DNA from: Minisyncoccota bacterium | GTDB taxonomy: Bacteria; Patescibacteriota; Microgenomatia; UBA1400; PJMF01 | Assembly (NCBI GenBank): GCA_003173865.1 | Contig: PJMF01000012.1 | Coordinates: 8,908 to 72,907 of the forward strand | DNA: 64,000 nucleotides | Reading direction: 5' to 3' | Shown here: positions 1-10,297 of the stretch, piece after piece | Layout of the letters: each line of letters starts with the position of its first letter | Position numbering within the stretch: position 1 is the stretch's first letter | Notes under the pieces: generated by a model | The model's input: only the letters and a program-made list of their open reading frames with translations | Database searches by the model: none | Told to the model about the DNA's origin: nothing | Translations under genes and position numbers: made by a program

Positions 1-373
1 CGCAGTTCTCGGTCTTTCTTTCAAGCCACAAACAGACGATATGCGAGAAGCTCCGAGTGTCAAAGTCATTCCTTACTTAACATCACACGGCTCAACTGTG
101 ATGGGCTATGACCCAAAAGCGCTTCCAGTTGTTTCTTCCTTCATTCCTGAGCACCCACAAGCGAGTTACACCGACTCGATTCATCAGGCAGTAAAAAACG
201 CCGACGTAGTTATTGCCCTCATTGAGTGGCCAGAAATTATTGGTTTTGATTTTGCTCCTTTTGGCAACAGCAGTAACTCAACTTCAAAATGGTTTATTGA
301 TGCGCGCAATCAATTTGATAAACAAAAAGTACTGAGTTGGGGATATCAATATCTAGGAGTTGGCCGTTCATGA
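1..373 (+). CDS. ugd: UDP-glucose/GDP-mannose dehydrogenase family, C-terminal part (5' end outside the window)
   Basis: The frame is open from the window edge: AVLGLSFKPQTDDMREAPS...YDPKA...IEWPE...FIDARN, the typical C-terminal UDP-binding domain. Confidence 0.85.
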   Translation, partial: AVLGLSFKPQTDDMREAPSVKVIPYLTSHGSTVMGYDPKALPVVSSFIPEHPQASYTDSIHQAVKNADVVIALIEWPEIIGFDFAPFGNSSNSTSKWFIDARNQFDKQKVLSWGYQYLGVGRS

Positions 374-1323
374 ATCTAGAAGCACCTATCTTGATTACAG
401 GCGGCACTGGTTTCGTTGGGTCTCACCTCCTAGAAAAATTAATTTCTTTGGGATACCACAACATTCATGTGACATCTTTTAACGGTGTCCCGCCTGAAAT
501 AGCAGCAATTATTCCCGCTAATCACGTTCATATGATTGATTTGAAGAATCACGAGCAGGTTAATCTGCTTATAAAAGAACTTAAACCTGAACACATTTAT
601 CATCTGGCTGCGTTTGCAGCAGTTGGCTCGAGTTTTGATCAATGCAAGATGGTTTTGGAAAATAACTCGGAAATTCAGTTGGCACTCCTTGAGGCAGTTC
701 GTGATCATGCGCACGAAGCCCGTATATTGGTGATCGGCAGTGCGATGGAGTATGACTTAATTGGGAATACACAACGAGTAATCAGCGAAACTCATCCGCT
801 TGGTCCCGTGAGTCCTTACGCCGTTTCCAAAGTGATTCAGGACCTGCTCGCATTGTCGTTCTTTTATTCCTATCGATTACAAATTGTGCGGGCTCGCCCG
901 TTTAATCATATTGGCGAACGCCAAACTACTGACTTTGCAATTCCCCATTTTGCACAACAAATTGTAGCCATTGAACGCGGTCAACAAACCGAAATTCATG
1001 TAGGAAATCTTGATGCGGTACGTGACTTCACTGACGTGAAGGATGTTGTGGAAGCGTATGTATTACTGATGGAAAAAGGAACTACGGGAGATGTCTACAA
1101 TATTGGCAGTGGCCGCGGATACACCATGCAACAAATGCTCGATACCATGTGTCATTTAGCCAAGACGCCCGTGAAAGTGATTACTGATCCAAATAAGGTT
1201 CGTCCTCTTGACGTCCCTGCAATTATTGCCGATAGTAGTAAGATCAGAAAGCTTGGCTGGCAACCCAAAATCTCGATTGAAGAAACAGTACAAAGAATTT
1301 TAAATGAGTGGCGTGCAAAATAG
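370..1323 (+). CDS. rmd: GDP-4-dehydro-6-deoxy-D-mannose reductase-like extended SDR
   Basis: GGTGFVG, HLAA, SPYAVSK (YxxxK), RPFNHIG and [14 protein letters not shown] motifs; lies next to gmd; ATG at 370 overlaps the upstream stop. Confidence 0.8.
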   Translation: MNLEAPILITGGTGFVGSHLLEKLISLGYHNIHVTSFNGVPPEIAAIIPANHVHMIDLKNHEQVNLLIKELKPEHIYHLAAFAAVGSSFDQCKMVLENNSEIQLALLEAVRDHAHEARILVIGSAMEYDLIGNTQRVISETHPLGPVSPYAVSKVIQDLLALSFFYSYRLQIVRARPFNHIGERQTTDFAIPHFAQQIVAIERGQQTEIHVGNLDAVRDFTDVKDVVEAYVLLMEKGTTGDVYNIGSGRGYTMQQMLDTMCHLAKTPVKVITDPNKVRPLDVPAIIADSSKIRKLGWQPKISIEETVQRILNEWRAK

Positions 1324-1333
1324 AAAGGCTCCT

Positions 1334-2311
1334 ATGAAGAAAGCATTTATTACCGGTATTACAGGTCAAGACGGTTCGTACTTGGCTGAGTCTCTCTTAA
1401 GTAAAGGCTACAAAGTGTATGGTCTGACACGACGCACCAGTACGCAAAATTTCCAACGTATTGAACATATTATTCACCATGAAAATTTAGAACTTGTTTC
1501 TGGTGATTTACTTGACCAGCACTCCATTACCGTTGCTCTCAAGGAAATTCAACCTGACGAAGTGTATAACTTAGCCGCTCAATCATTTGTGAAAACAAGT
1601 TGGGATCAACCGGTTTTAACTGGTGAGTTTACGGCAATTGGTGTTACACGGATGTTAGAAGCAGTTCGTTTTGCTTGTCCAGAGGCGCGATTTTATCAAG
1701 CGAGTTCTTCGGAAATGTTTGGCAAAGTACAAGAAGTACCTCAAACAGAAAACACACCATTTTATCCTCGTTCCCCGTATGGCGTCGCGAAAGTGTATGG
1801 GCACTGGATCACAATCAATTATCGTGAATCTTTTAATATGTTTGCTGTATCAGGTATTTTATTTAATCATGAATCTCCCCGACGCGGACTTGAGTTTGTC
1901 ACTCGCAAAATTGCGAACGCAGTCGCTCGGATTAAACTTGGTAAACAACAATTTGTTGAGCTTGGCAATTTAGAAGCGAAACGCGACTGGGGCTTTGCCA
2001 AAGATTATGTCGAAGCAATGTGGTTAATGTTACAACAAGACCACGCAGACGACTTTGTCATTGCAACTGGCGAAACACACTCTGTGGGTGAGTTTTTGGA
2101 ATTAAGTTGTCAAGTTGCAGGAATTTCAGATTGGAGAAGTGTTTACCGACATAATCCAAAGTACGATCGCCCGGCTGAAGTCGATTTGCTTATTGGTGAT
2201 CCAAGTAAAGCAAAACAAAAATTAGGCTGGGAACCTTCTGTCACATTTGCAGAGCTAGTAAAAATCATGACTGAAGCAGAGCTCATTGAGGAAGCAAAAG
2301 ATCGAGATTAA
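1334..2311 (+). CDS. gmd: GDP-mannose 4,6-dehydratase
   Basis: [51 protein letters not shown] and RDWG motifs; RBS AAAGG upstream. Confidence 0.97.
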   Translation: MKKAFITGITGQDGSYLAESLLSKGYKVYGLTRRTSTQNFQRIEHIIHHENLELVSGDLLDQHSITVALKEIQPDEVYNLAAQSFVKTSWDQPVLTGEFTAIGVTRMLEAVRFACPEARFYQASSSEMFGKVQEVPQTENTPFYPRSPYGVAKVYGHWITINYRESFNMFAVSGILFNHESPRRGLEFVTRKIANAVARIKLGKQQFVELGNLEAKRDWGFAKDYVEAMWLMLQQDHADDFVIATGETHSVGEFLELSCQVAGISDWRSVYRHNPKYDRPAEVDLLIGDPSKAKQKLGWEPSVTFAELVKIMTEAELIEEAKDRD

Positions 2312-2314
2312 TTC

Positions 2315-3451
2315 ATGAAGAAAGCAATTGTTATCATTCCGACATATAACGAGCGTGAAAACATCCAAAACGTGGTGCCGATTTTGTCTGATGTCTTTAA
2401 AAAAATTCCCCACTGGGAAATGGGCATCTTAGTCGTTGATGACAGCTCACCAGATGGCACAGCTGATGTTGTTCGTGAACTTCAACACAAATACAAAGAA
2501 CTTTTCTTGTTAGTTAATCCCAATAAAAGCGGACTAGGAGGAGCCTATTTGAAAGGAATGGCCGAAGCGTTCGGACCGCTCGGCGCTGAAGTTGTCTTTG
2601 AGTTTGATGCTGATCTCTCTCACGATCCCACGAAGATTCCGGCTTTTCTCGAAAAAATTGACGCTGGTTACGACATGGTGATTGGTTCGCGCTACATGAA
2701 AGGTGGCGGTATTCCGGATAACTGGGGACTCCATCGGAAGTTTTTGAGTGTGTTAGGAAATAATATTATCCGTTGTGTCTGGACAAACTTTAGTATTCAC
2801 GACTGGACAGGTGGCTATCGCGCATTTTCAAAAAAAGTATACGAGGCAATTTTGCCAGAAATGCAGAGAGAGATCTTTACTGGATATACATTTCAAATTG
2901 GTTTTTTACATAAAGCTGTACAGAAAAAATTTAAAATCGCAGAAGTTCCTTTTAAGTTTGTCGATCGAACAATTGGTCAATCCAAGCTGGGAGCTGATTA
3001 TATTAAAAATGCGCTGTTGTTTGTTTTTCATGCTCGATATAAAGAAATCGTTGATCATCAGATCTTTAAGTTTGCTGTAGTGGGTGGTATTGGCTTTATG
3101 GTCAACTTAATTTTTCTCGAGATTTTTCATCGCTTTTTTCACATTGAAGCTGGAAATGCCGCAGCGCTCGGAGCCGAAGTTGCCATCATCAGTAACTTTA
3201 TCATTAATAATTACTGGACTTTTGCCGCACACAAAGTCACCAGAGCAACGCAAATGATCTCAAAATTTGTGCAGTTTAATGTGGGTTCCCTGGGTGCCGT
3301 CATTATTCAAAAAATCGTCGTTGGATTAGGAACAAAGTATACTTCTGACGCACTTCGTCTCGAGTGGTTTGTGCTTGCTGTTTTGATCGGCATGGTCGTG
3401 AACTACTTCGTTTACTCACGTTTAATCTGGAAAACGACAACAAAAAAATGA
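2315..3451 (+). CDS. GT2 polyprenol-phosphate glycosyltransferase (DPM1/Ppm1-like) fused to a C-terminal GtrA-like membrane domain
   Basis: IIPTYNERENI, VDDSSPDGT, DADLSHDP, GSRY; the C-terminal KFAVVGG...NFIINNYWTF...KFVQFN segment is GtrA-like with 4 TM helices. Confidence 0.9.
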   Translation: MKKAIVIIPTYNERENIQNVVPILSDVFKKIPHWEMGILVVDDSSPDGTADVVRELQHKYKELFLLVNPNKSGLGGAYLKGMAEAFGPLGAEVVFEFDADLSHDPTKIPAFLEKIDAGYDMVIGSRYMKGGGIPDNWGLHRKFLSVLGNNIIRCVWTNFSIHDWTGGYRAFSKKVYEAILPEMQREIFTGYTFQIGFLHKAVQKKFKIAEVPFKFVDRTIGQSKLGADYIKNALLFVFHARYKEIVDHQIFKFAVVGGIGFMVNLIFLEIFHRFFHIEAGNAAALGAEVAIISNFIINNYWTFAAHKVTRATQMISKFVQFNVGSLGAVIIQKIVVGLGTKYTSDALRLEWFVLAVLIGMVVNYFVYSRLIWKTTTKK

Positions 3452-4944
3452 AACGATTTTCGCTCACTCAATGGATTGTGCTTGCCGCAATAATTGTTGG
3501 GAGTTTTTTTCGTTTATGGAACTTCCCTAATACACTGCAATTTCTCGGGGATCAAGGACGAGATGCTTTAGTTGCTTTACATATCTTTAAAGATCATCAC
3601 TTTGTGTTGATTGGTCCCGTAACGAGTACCGGCAATATGTACCTTGGTCCGTTGTACTATTACTTCATGGTTCCCTTTTTGTACTTGAGTTATCCCAGTC
3701 CTTTAGGTCCGGCCTATGCAATTGCGGCACTTTCAATCGCTACAATTGTGCTTATTTACTACTTAGGCAAAGAATTGATCGGTGAACGTTCAGCGGTGAT
3801 TGCGAGCGTGGCGTTTGCATGTTCAGCAGCTGCCGTGACGTATGCACGCTTTAGTTGGAATCCCAATCCGGCTCCATTTGTTTCTATAATCTTGATCTGG
3901 GCTTCTTATCGCGCGCTTGTTAAAAATCCCTGGTACTTCGTTCTCGTTTCTGTCTGCATCTCGATCTTAATTCAGTTGCACTATGTCACTTTACTTACTA
4001 TTCCAGCTGCAGGAATTATTTGGTTGATGACTCTTTGGAACATTGCGCATACTCCACAAAAAAAATGGAAAGTCTTTTTTTTCAGTACGATTATTTCGGT
4101 GCTTTTATTTTTGAGTTCATTGACACCGCTAGTACTCTTTGACTTGAGACATCAATTTTTAAATCTGCACGCATTGCAGTCATTTCTGTCCCAGAATCAA
4201 GGCAACTTAACACACACTACGAACTCACTGAAAATCATTCAGGTCGCAAAAGAAACCGATGGACGCAGTCGACAAGTTTTATTTGAGCCGTTTATTGGGA
4301 AACATTTTCACTTAAATCAAGTGCTTTTGGCGATTTTTTTGTTGAGTTTTATTATTTTGGCACTGCCGAACAAGCAGAAAACAAATACAGGGATTCAAGT
4401 TATCGCAGTTTATTTTTTTGTCAGCATTGCGGGATTGGCATTTTATGAAAGTACGATTTTTGATCACTATATCGCGTACTTATTTCCCATCACCATGATG
4501 GTGTACGGCATACTCATGGACCGTCTTCTGCAGCACAAATTTGGCGTTGGAGTGGCTGCCTGTATCAGTCTTGGCTACTTGGGGTGGAACATCACTCATA
4601 TGCCACTGCAAACAATTGGCTGGAGTATTTTTGACATGAAGCGCACGGCACAAACATTAATTGATCGTGTGAAACCGGGCGATAAATATAACCTCGTGTT
4701 ATTGACGAGTACGGGCGATATTGAAGGCCAGAACTATCGTTACTTTTTAGAAACAAGTGGAAAACCGCCGCTCCCAAAAGAACGTTGGGGCGAAACAGAA
4801 ACACTTTTTATTATTAACGAAGACGGTAAATTGAAAAAAGTCACTGATTCGCCAATTTATGAGATTGTGGTTTTTCCCAACAAAACGCCAGCTGAAGTGT
4901 ATACTATTTCTCACGGTCCTCAGGTAACTGTCTTAAAAAAGTAG
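3448..4944 (+). CDS. GT-C fold glycosyltransferase (GT39/ArnT-like)
   Basis: Polytopic membrane protein with a first-loop FLGDQGRD, GP..YY and RFSWNPN motifs; ATGA overlap with the upstream gene. Confidence 0.75.
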   Translation: MKRFSLTQWIVLAAIIVGSFFRLWNFPNTLQFLGDQGRDALVALHIFKDHHFVLIGPVTSTGNMYLGPLYYYFMVPFLYLSYPSPLGPAYAIAALSIATIVLIYYLGKELIGERSAVIASVAFACSAAAVTYARFSWNPNPAPFVSIILIWASYRALVKNPWYFVLVSVCISILIQLHYVTLLTIPAAGIIWLMTLWNIAHTPQKKWKVFFFSTIISVLLFLSSLTPLVLFDLRHQFLNLHALQSFLSQNQGNLTHTTNSLKIIQVAKETDGRSRQVLFEPFIGKHFHLNQVLLAIFLLSFIILALPNKQKTNTGIQVIAVYFFVSIAGLAFYESTIFDHYIAYLFPITMMVYGILMDRLLQHKFGVGVAACISLGYLGWNITHMPLQTIGWSIFDMKRTAQTLIDRVKPGDKYNLVLLTSTGDIEGQNYRYFLETSGKPPLPKERWGETETLFIINEDGKLKKVTDSPIYEIVVFPNKTPAEVYTISHGPQVTVLKK

Positions 4945-4956
4945 TTTTTAACTTTT

Positions 4957-5730
4957 ATGAATAAAATGCCTTTGACATCAGCACCATTTCTCTCCGTGGT
5001 CGTGCCGTCGTATAACGAGATGCATAACATCTCCCGTGGTGTGCTCGATCAAATGTTAGAGTATTTAAAAAAACAAAGTTTTGATTGGGAACTGATTTTG
5101 AGTGATGATGGATCGAGCGATGGGACCTTTGAAGTGCTCGAGGATTTTGCCAAAAAATCGAAACACATCGTGCTCCTCAAAAATATTCATGCGGGAAAAG
5201 GACCGACCGTTCAAGCTGGAATGTTAAAAGCAAAAGGCCAGTGGCGTCTCTTTACTGACTTTGATCAATCTACACCACTCAAAGAAGTTGAGTTATTACT
5301 TCCGTTCACTGACCAGTATGAAATCGTGATTGGTTCGCGCGAAATCTCAGGCGCACGCCGCCGCCGTGAACCGTTGCATCGTCATGTGATGGGCAAGGCG
5401 TTTAACATTTTAGTACAGTGTCTAGCTATTCCCGGAATCCAAGATACTCAATGTGGATTTAAACTTTTTTCAGGTAAAGCTACTGAAAAAGTTTTTCCAA
5501 AACTGTTTGTGTATGGGCGTCAACCCGAGCGCCAAGATGCGTTTACCGGTGCATTTGATGTTGAGGCGCTGTATATTGCCCGTAAATTTGGCTTTCACAT
5601 CAAAGAAGTTCCTATTTTTTGGCAACATAACGAAACCGATCGTGTAAGTCCAATTAAAGATTCTTTGCGGATGCTCAGAGATATCGTCAGAGTCAGATTA
5701 GTTGATTTGAGCGGAAAGTATAAGAGTTGA
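4957..5730 (+). CDS. GT2 dolichyl/polyprenyl-phosphate glucosyltransferase-like (ALG5-like)
   Basis: SVVVPSYNE, DDGSSDGT, GKG, FTDFDQSTP, DTQCGFKLF and FDVE motifs. Confidence 0.9.
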   Translation: MNKMPLTSAPFLSVVVPSYNEMHNISRGVLDQMLEYLKKQSFDWELILSDDGSSDGTFEVLEDFAKKSKHIVLLKNIHAGKGPTVQAGMLKAKGQWRLFTDFDQSTPLKEVELLLPFTDQYEIVIGSREISGARRRREPLHRHVMGKAFNILVQCLAIPGIQDTQCGFKLFSGKATEKVFPKLFVYGRQPERQDAFTGAFDVEALYIARKFGFHIKEVPIFWQHNETDRVSPIKDSLRMLRDIVRVRLVDLSGKYKS

Positions 5731-6899
5731 TGAAAATCAATCAATTGAAGTTTGCTTTTCTTTGCTATTTTGTGGTTTTGATTTTTTACACCGTTTTTTC
5801 ATTTTCATTAACTGATCCAAATCTCGTTTTGCTTTCATGGGGACCATACTGGAACTTTCAACAGTTCATGTGGCATACTTTTTTTGAGAATCACGTGTTA
5901 TTAAGCTGGACATATGCAGCTCTTATCACAGCACTGTTCGGGGCGTATGCGTGGATCATCAAAGCGTCTTCAAACAGTACATTGTTGATGAACTGGAAGC
6001 TTGCGGGATGTTATTTTTTGCTTCTTCTCCCCCTCTTTTTTTCATACAATGCGCTTTCTTATGATGTGTTTAATTATATTTTTAATGCCAAAATGGTCTT
6101 GATTTATCATGCTAATCCTTATGTTCAAGTTGCTTTAGATTTTGCTCAAGATCCATGGGTACGCTTCATGCATAACACGCACACGACTGCTCCTTATGGA
6201 TATGGCTGGACTCTCTTTTCGCTGCTCCCGTTTGAACTAGGGTTTGGAAAGTTTGTGCCAACTTGGCTGATGTTTCGTTTCTTTAGTGTACTCAGTATTT
6301 TTTTACTGTATGTATGTATTAGCTTTGCAAAGAAAAAAGAATTTTTGGTTCGAGAGTTTGTCATTTTGTTCCTCAATCCGTTGTTTGTTCTCGAAGTGGT
6401 CAGCAATGCACATAACGATTTGTGGATGATGGTGCCTGCGCTCTATGCGGTTGCAATGGTATTTGACCACAAAAAAGGATCTCTAAAAAAATGTCTCATC
6501 GCAACTGCGTTAATGATTTTTTCGATCTCAATGAAGTTTGCATCTTTGCTTTTACTGCCTTTAATCGGAGCGAGTTTTCATCACAAAGTGAAACAATACT
6601 GGCCAGAAATTGCTGCCCTTCTCATGTTTGTTCTTCTGCTCACCAACCGCTCACAACAATTTCATCCTTGGTATTTGACGTGGGTACTTGTGTGGTTTCC
6701 ATTTATAAAAAACAAATTACTTAAACAAAGTATTTTAGTGCTTTCCGTGAGTTCGCTCTTTCGTTACGTACCATGGATGTGGAATGGTTACTTTTCTGAC
6801 CAAATTATTTTGCAACAAAAAATGATTACGTGGATTCCCCTTGTTCTCTTTTTGATAGTAATGAGTGTAAATAGCTTATGGAAAAAATTATTGAAATGA
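5730..6899 (+). CDS. GT-C membrane glycosyltransferase (MptA/MptB-like)
   Basis: LSYDVFNY, NPY, PYG.GW, NP...E...NAHND and HPWY motifs; multiple TM segments. Confidence 0.7.
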   Translation: MKINQLKFAFLCYFVVLIFYTVFSFSLTDPNLVLLSWGPYWNFQQFMWHTFFENHVLLSWTYAALITALFGAYAWIIKASSNSTLLMNWKLAGCYFLLLLPLFFSYNALSYDVFNYIFNAKMVLIYHANPYVQVALDFAQDPWVRFMHNTHTTAPYGYGWTLFSLLPFELGFGKFVPTWLMFRFFSVLSIFLLYVCISFAKKKEFLVREFVILFLNPLFVLEVVSNAHNDLWMMVPALYAVAMVFDHKKGSLKKCLIATALMIFSISMKFASLLLLPLIGASFHHKVKQYWPEIAALLMFVLLLTNRSQQFHPWYLTWVLVWFPFIKNKLLKQSILVLSVSSLFRYVPWMWNGYFSDQIILQQKMITWIPLVLFLIVMSVNSLWKKLLK

Positions 6900-8440
6900 A
6901 AAAAAGAAATTTTTTACTTCCAGCAACACTTGCTCTTTTTTACCTAGCAACTCATTTGTTAGGCTTGTTGAAGCTACCTGTTTTTGCAGATGAGTCAATT
7001 TATATTCGTTGGGCTCAATTAATTACAGATGACTGGAAACAGTATCTTTTTTTTCCTTTAAATGACGGCAAGACGCCCTTATTTATTTGGACATTGGTCC
7101 CTTTTCAACAGTTTTTTGCGTATCCATTACTCACCGCACGCTTGGTTTCAGTGGTGGTTGGTTTAGTGCAAGTATTTGTCATTGGTCTCATTATCAAAAA
7201 CTTGGGCGGTCGTTCAAAAACCCAGTGGCTAGGCATGCTCTGGACGACGATTTTACCTTTTTGGTACTTCGCCCATCGTATCGCACTCATGGATGGCATG
7301 TTGACACTGTGGATTTCACTTTTTGTTCTTGGTGTCATTAAAATCACACAACAAAGAAAAATCACATTGAATTGGATTTTTTTTAGCGGAGTTTTCTTAG
7401 GACTTGGACTGTGGACAAAACTGCCCACTTTATTTGCGGTGCCGATCGTCTTTGTCTGGCCATTGAGACAAAAAGAAGTTCGTTTAAAGTTTTACTTCCA
7501 TGCAGTTATTCCCCAAATTATTGCAATTTGTATTGGAATGTTTTTGTTTGCGACGCTACGAATAACTCCATCTTTTGGTCAGTTATTTCATCGTGGAAAT
7601 GATTTTACGTATCCCATCGCAGATGTTTTACTTCATGGCAAATGGATGACCACACTGGGAAATATTCCTACATATTTAACTTTTTTTGTAGCCTACTTGA
7701 CACCAGCCATTTTAATCTTAAGTTTTGCGGGTCTTTTTTCTCGACAATTTCGACGTACTACTGTCTGTTTGTTACTCTCTGCGGCTCTTTTTTGTTTCCC
7801 AATCGTGTTGTTTGGGAAGGTCGTTTATCCTCGCTACTTATTTCCGGCGTCGATATTTTTCACTTCAGCGGCAGCCTTGGCTTTTCAGGGGTGGTATGAC
7901 CGATACTTTAGTGCTCGTACCAATCAAAATATTCAGTCCAAGTTCATCGTTGGCTTAATTTTAGCGTTACTGCTCGCACAAACGGTAGTTTCGTCACTCC
8001 AATTTATGACATTCGCGGCCACAGATCCAAATTCTTTACCCCTAGTAGCTGCCGACCGAGAGCAGTACCTCGAAGAGTGGTCGTCAGGTCATGGCATCCT
8101 TGAAACTGTCGCCTTCATTCAGCAACAAGCACAAAACCACAGCATTGCCGTCGCTACAGAAGGTCGGTTTGGCACGTTGCCCGACGGTTTACTTCTCTAT
8201 TTTCATCACCAAGACGTTCATAACATTTATATCGAAGGAACTGGCGAGTATGCCCCAGTCAAAGATATTCCCGATTTTTTTACTCAGCGAGCCAAAAGCT
8301 TTCAGCAAAGCATTTTAGTTGTGAACTCACATCGCATGGGTATTACTTTGCCGAAGCAAAATCTTCTTGCAGAGTACTGCCGTCCTGATCACGCTCCTTG
8401 CTTGCAAATTTGGGACATTACTTCACTCGTCAAAAAATAA
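6896..8440 (+). CDS. GT-C fold glycosyltransferase (GT39/PMT-ArnT-like)
   Basis: FADESIYIRWA (DE motif), DGKTPLFIW, R.ALMD, K and PRY motifs; multiple TM segments plus a soluble C-terminal domain. Confidence 0.75.
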   Translation: MKKRNFLLPATLALFYLATHLLGLLKLPVFADESIYIRWAQLITDDWKQYLFFPLNDGKTPLFIWTLVPFQQFFAYPLLTARLVSVVVGLVQVFVIGLIIKNLGGRSKTQWLGMLWTTILPFWYFAHRIALMDGMLTLWISLFVLGVIKITQQRKITLNWIFFSGVFLGLGLWTKLPTLFAVPIVFVWPLRQKEVRLKFYFHAVIPQIIAICIGMFLFATLRITPSFGQLFHRGNDFTYPIADVLLHGKWMTTLGNIPTYLTFFVAYLTPAILILSFAGLFSRQFRRTTVCLLLSAALFCFPIVLFGKVVYPRYLFPASIFFTSAAALAFQGWYDRYFSARTNQNIQSKFIVGLILALLLAQTVVSSLQFMTFAATDPNSLPLVAADREQYLEEWSSGHGILETVAFIQQQAQNHSIAVATEGRFGTLPDGLLLYFHHQDVHNIYIEGTGEYAPVKDIPDFFTQRAKSFQQSILVVNSHRMGITLPKQNLLAEYCRPDHAPCLQIWDITSLVKK

Positions 8441-8441
8441 A

Positions 8442-9107
8442 CTAGCCTCGCATGACATAGCCGTATCCCCTCACTGTCTGCAACATTTTTCGTCGTGAAC
8501 CCATGATGATCCGAATTCTTCTAATATAGACATCAACAGTCGAGTACGTAGGAATCTCGCCATCTTCCCAGATGTGATCGATCAACATCTCCCGAGTAAC
8601 AATCATGTTTTTATGCTTAATCAGAAAAACCAAAATTTCGAACTCTCTTTTACGTAAATGCACAACTCGTCTGCCGAACTTACAAATGCCTAAACGGGGA
8701 AAGATCGCAATATCGCCGCAAGGCAATGTATCCACCTGGATATGTTTAACTTTCATCAATAATTTTTCAACTTTTAGCGAAAACTCGTCCATCGAAAATG
8801 GTTTTGGCAGATAATCATCGGCTCCTCTGCGTAATCCTTCGATCCGATCACTTAAAGAAGTCCTTTCACTAATCATTAAAATCGGCATCTGTGATTGATT
8901 GAGCTGCAAGTAACGAATAATTTCTAAACCGTCTCCATCTGGAAGTCCTCGATCTAAAATCAAGAGATCAAATTTTTGTTTTGTTAAATAGATGAAAGCT
9001 TGCGAAAGGGTCGCCGCGCTTTTAGTGCGATATGCTCGGTCAACTAGCGACGAGTGAATCAATCGCGAAAGATCAAAGTTGTCATCAACGATCAATACTT
9101 TTTGCAT
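8442..9107 (-). CDS. OmpR/PhoB-family response regulator (no cognate kinase adjacent)
   Basis: LIVDD, LILDRGLPDGDG, GADDYLPKPF and winged-helix VDVYIRRIR...TVRGYGY; start taken at ATG 9107. Confidence 0.93.
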   Translation of the reverse strand: MQKVLIVDDNFDLSRLIHSSLVDRAYRTKSAATLSQAFIYLTKQKFDLLILDRGLPDGDGLEIIRYLQLNQSQMPILMISERTSLSDRIEGLRRGADDYLPKPFSMDEFSLKVEKLLMKVKHIQVDTLPCGDIAIFPRLGICKFGRRVVHLRKREFEILVFLIKHKNMIVTREMLIDHIWEDGEIPTYSTVDVYIRRIRIIMGSRRKMLQTVRGYGYVMRG

Positions 9108-9130
9108 GACGACAATATAGAGTATATTTC

Positions 9131-9150
9131 TTAAATCCAGATTAAATAAT
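9131..9150 (-). promoter_or_regulatory. Putative OmpR/PhoB-type direct-repeat box over the -35 region of the regulator gene
   Basis: The + strand reads TTAAAT-CCAGA-TTAAAT-AAT (11-bp period). A similar box lies upstream of the second regulator at 27516-27535. Confidence 0.45.
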
Positions 9151-9226
9151 AAGAGCAAAATATGCCGAAATGACCTCAGTCCCAAATCAAATCACAACTG
9201 GTATAATTCCCCCACGCCATCAACTA

Positions 9227-9297
9227 TGCCGGATCGTCTAGCGGTAGGACAATGGACTCTGACTCCATTAACCTTGGTTCGAATCCAAGTCCGGCAT
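9227..9297 (+). tRNA. tRNA-Gln(CTG), CCA not encoded
   Basis: Acceptor stem TGCCGGA/TCCGGCA, D-arm GTCT-AGCGGTA-GGAC, anticodon arm ATGGA-CTCTGAC-TCCAT, T-arm CTTGG-TTCGAAT-CCAAG; extended -10 TGGTATAAT at 9199-9207. Confidence 0.95.
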
Positions 9298-9382
9298 CGT
9301 AGACATTTTGTATTCAACTTCTTGCCTGGAGAATTTATAAAATTGAGAACGTCGGGTTTTGCTTTTTGATATACTTCATCAT

Positions 9383-10243
9383 ATGGACTCTTCGTCGCTC
9401 AAAAACTTTATTCAAAATATTACTGAAAAAATGCTTGAAGCAGGCGAAATTGCAGAAAAGTTTCAAGGCAAGGTTGCAAATATAAAAAAAGAAGTCGATC
9501 TCGATAATAATGCTCCTCAAAGAATTAAAGATCGAAATCAAGCAAAAACCGAGATTGATGAAAAAGTTCAAGAAATGCTTTTAGAGTGTGTGAAAGACAC
9601 TCTTGGGATCAACAATATTAGAATTGATGCCGAAGAAGATACAGCATTGAAGCAACTTTTTCCAAATGAAGCAGCTCAAGTAACCATCGTGATTGATCCT
9701 ATTGATGGTACCTTAGAGTATCTGAATGGAAGTGATAGGTATTCGATTAACGTTGGGGTCGTTTCTCATGGAGAAATGCTTGCCGCTTTAATTTATTTTC
9801 CGAAACTGAAAAAACTTTATTTCTTGGATAATCAAAAAACTTCCTACGAAGTAGCCTATACTTCTAGTCTAGAAGTTAAAGATAAAAAAGTTCTAAAAGG
9901 AAATGAACAACCGCAAAGAAATAAAGTATATGTAAATAATCGGGTGGCCACAGATTTAGTAGACAACTTAGAAAAAGCAGATTTTTCAGTAATTCAGGAT
10001 GATGGAGAAGTATCTTGGCCAGATGCGCTTTTAAAATGCATTTCTGGTGAATACTTTGCGAGTATTTTTCATAGTCCTCAAACAAGGGATGTTTTACTTG
10101 GAGCCTTAATTGAAAACTTAGAAAATGGATGGAAAGTGGACTGGGAAGGAAATAAAATTACTTGGCCAAATGGAGGGAGAATTCCTAGAGTGATTTTTGG
10201 TACAGGAGCTCTTCCGCGAGAAATTTTTGAGAGTTTAGAGTAA
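9383..10243 (+). CDS. Inositol monophosphatase/CysQ-family phosphatase
   Basis: TEIDEKVQ, AEE and IVIDPIDGTLEY motifs. Confidence 0.8.
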   Translation: MDSSSLKNFIQNITEKMLEAGEIAEKFQGKVANIKKEVDLDNNAPQRIKDRNQAKTEIDEKVQEMLLECVKDTLGINNIRIDAEEDTALKQLFPNEAAQVTIVIDPIDGTLEYLNGSDRYSINVGVVSHGEMLAALIYFPKLKKLYFLDNQKTSYEVAYTSSLEVKDKKVLKGNEQPQRNKVYVNNRVATDLVDNLEKADFSVIQDDGEVSWPDALLKCISGEYFASIFHSPQTRDVLLGALIENLENGWKVDWEGNKITWPNGGRIPRVIFGTGALPREIFESLE

Positions 10244-10297
10244 AACAGGTCCTGACATGGTCCACTAGTGCCACAATAGATATTGTATTATTTTCTT

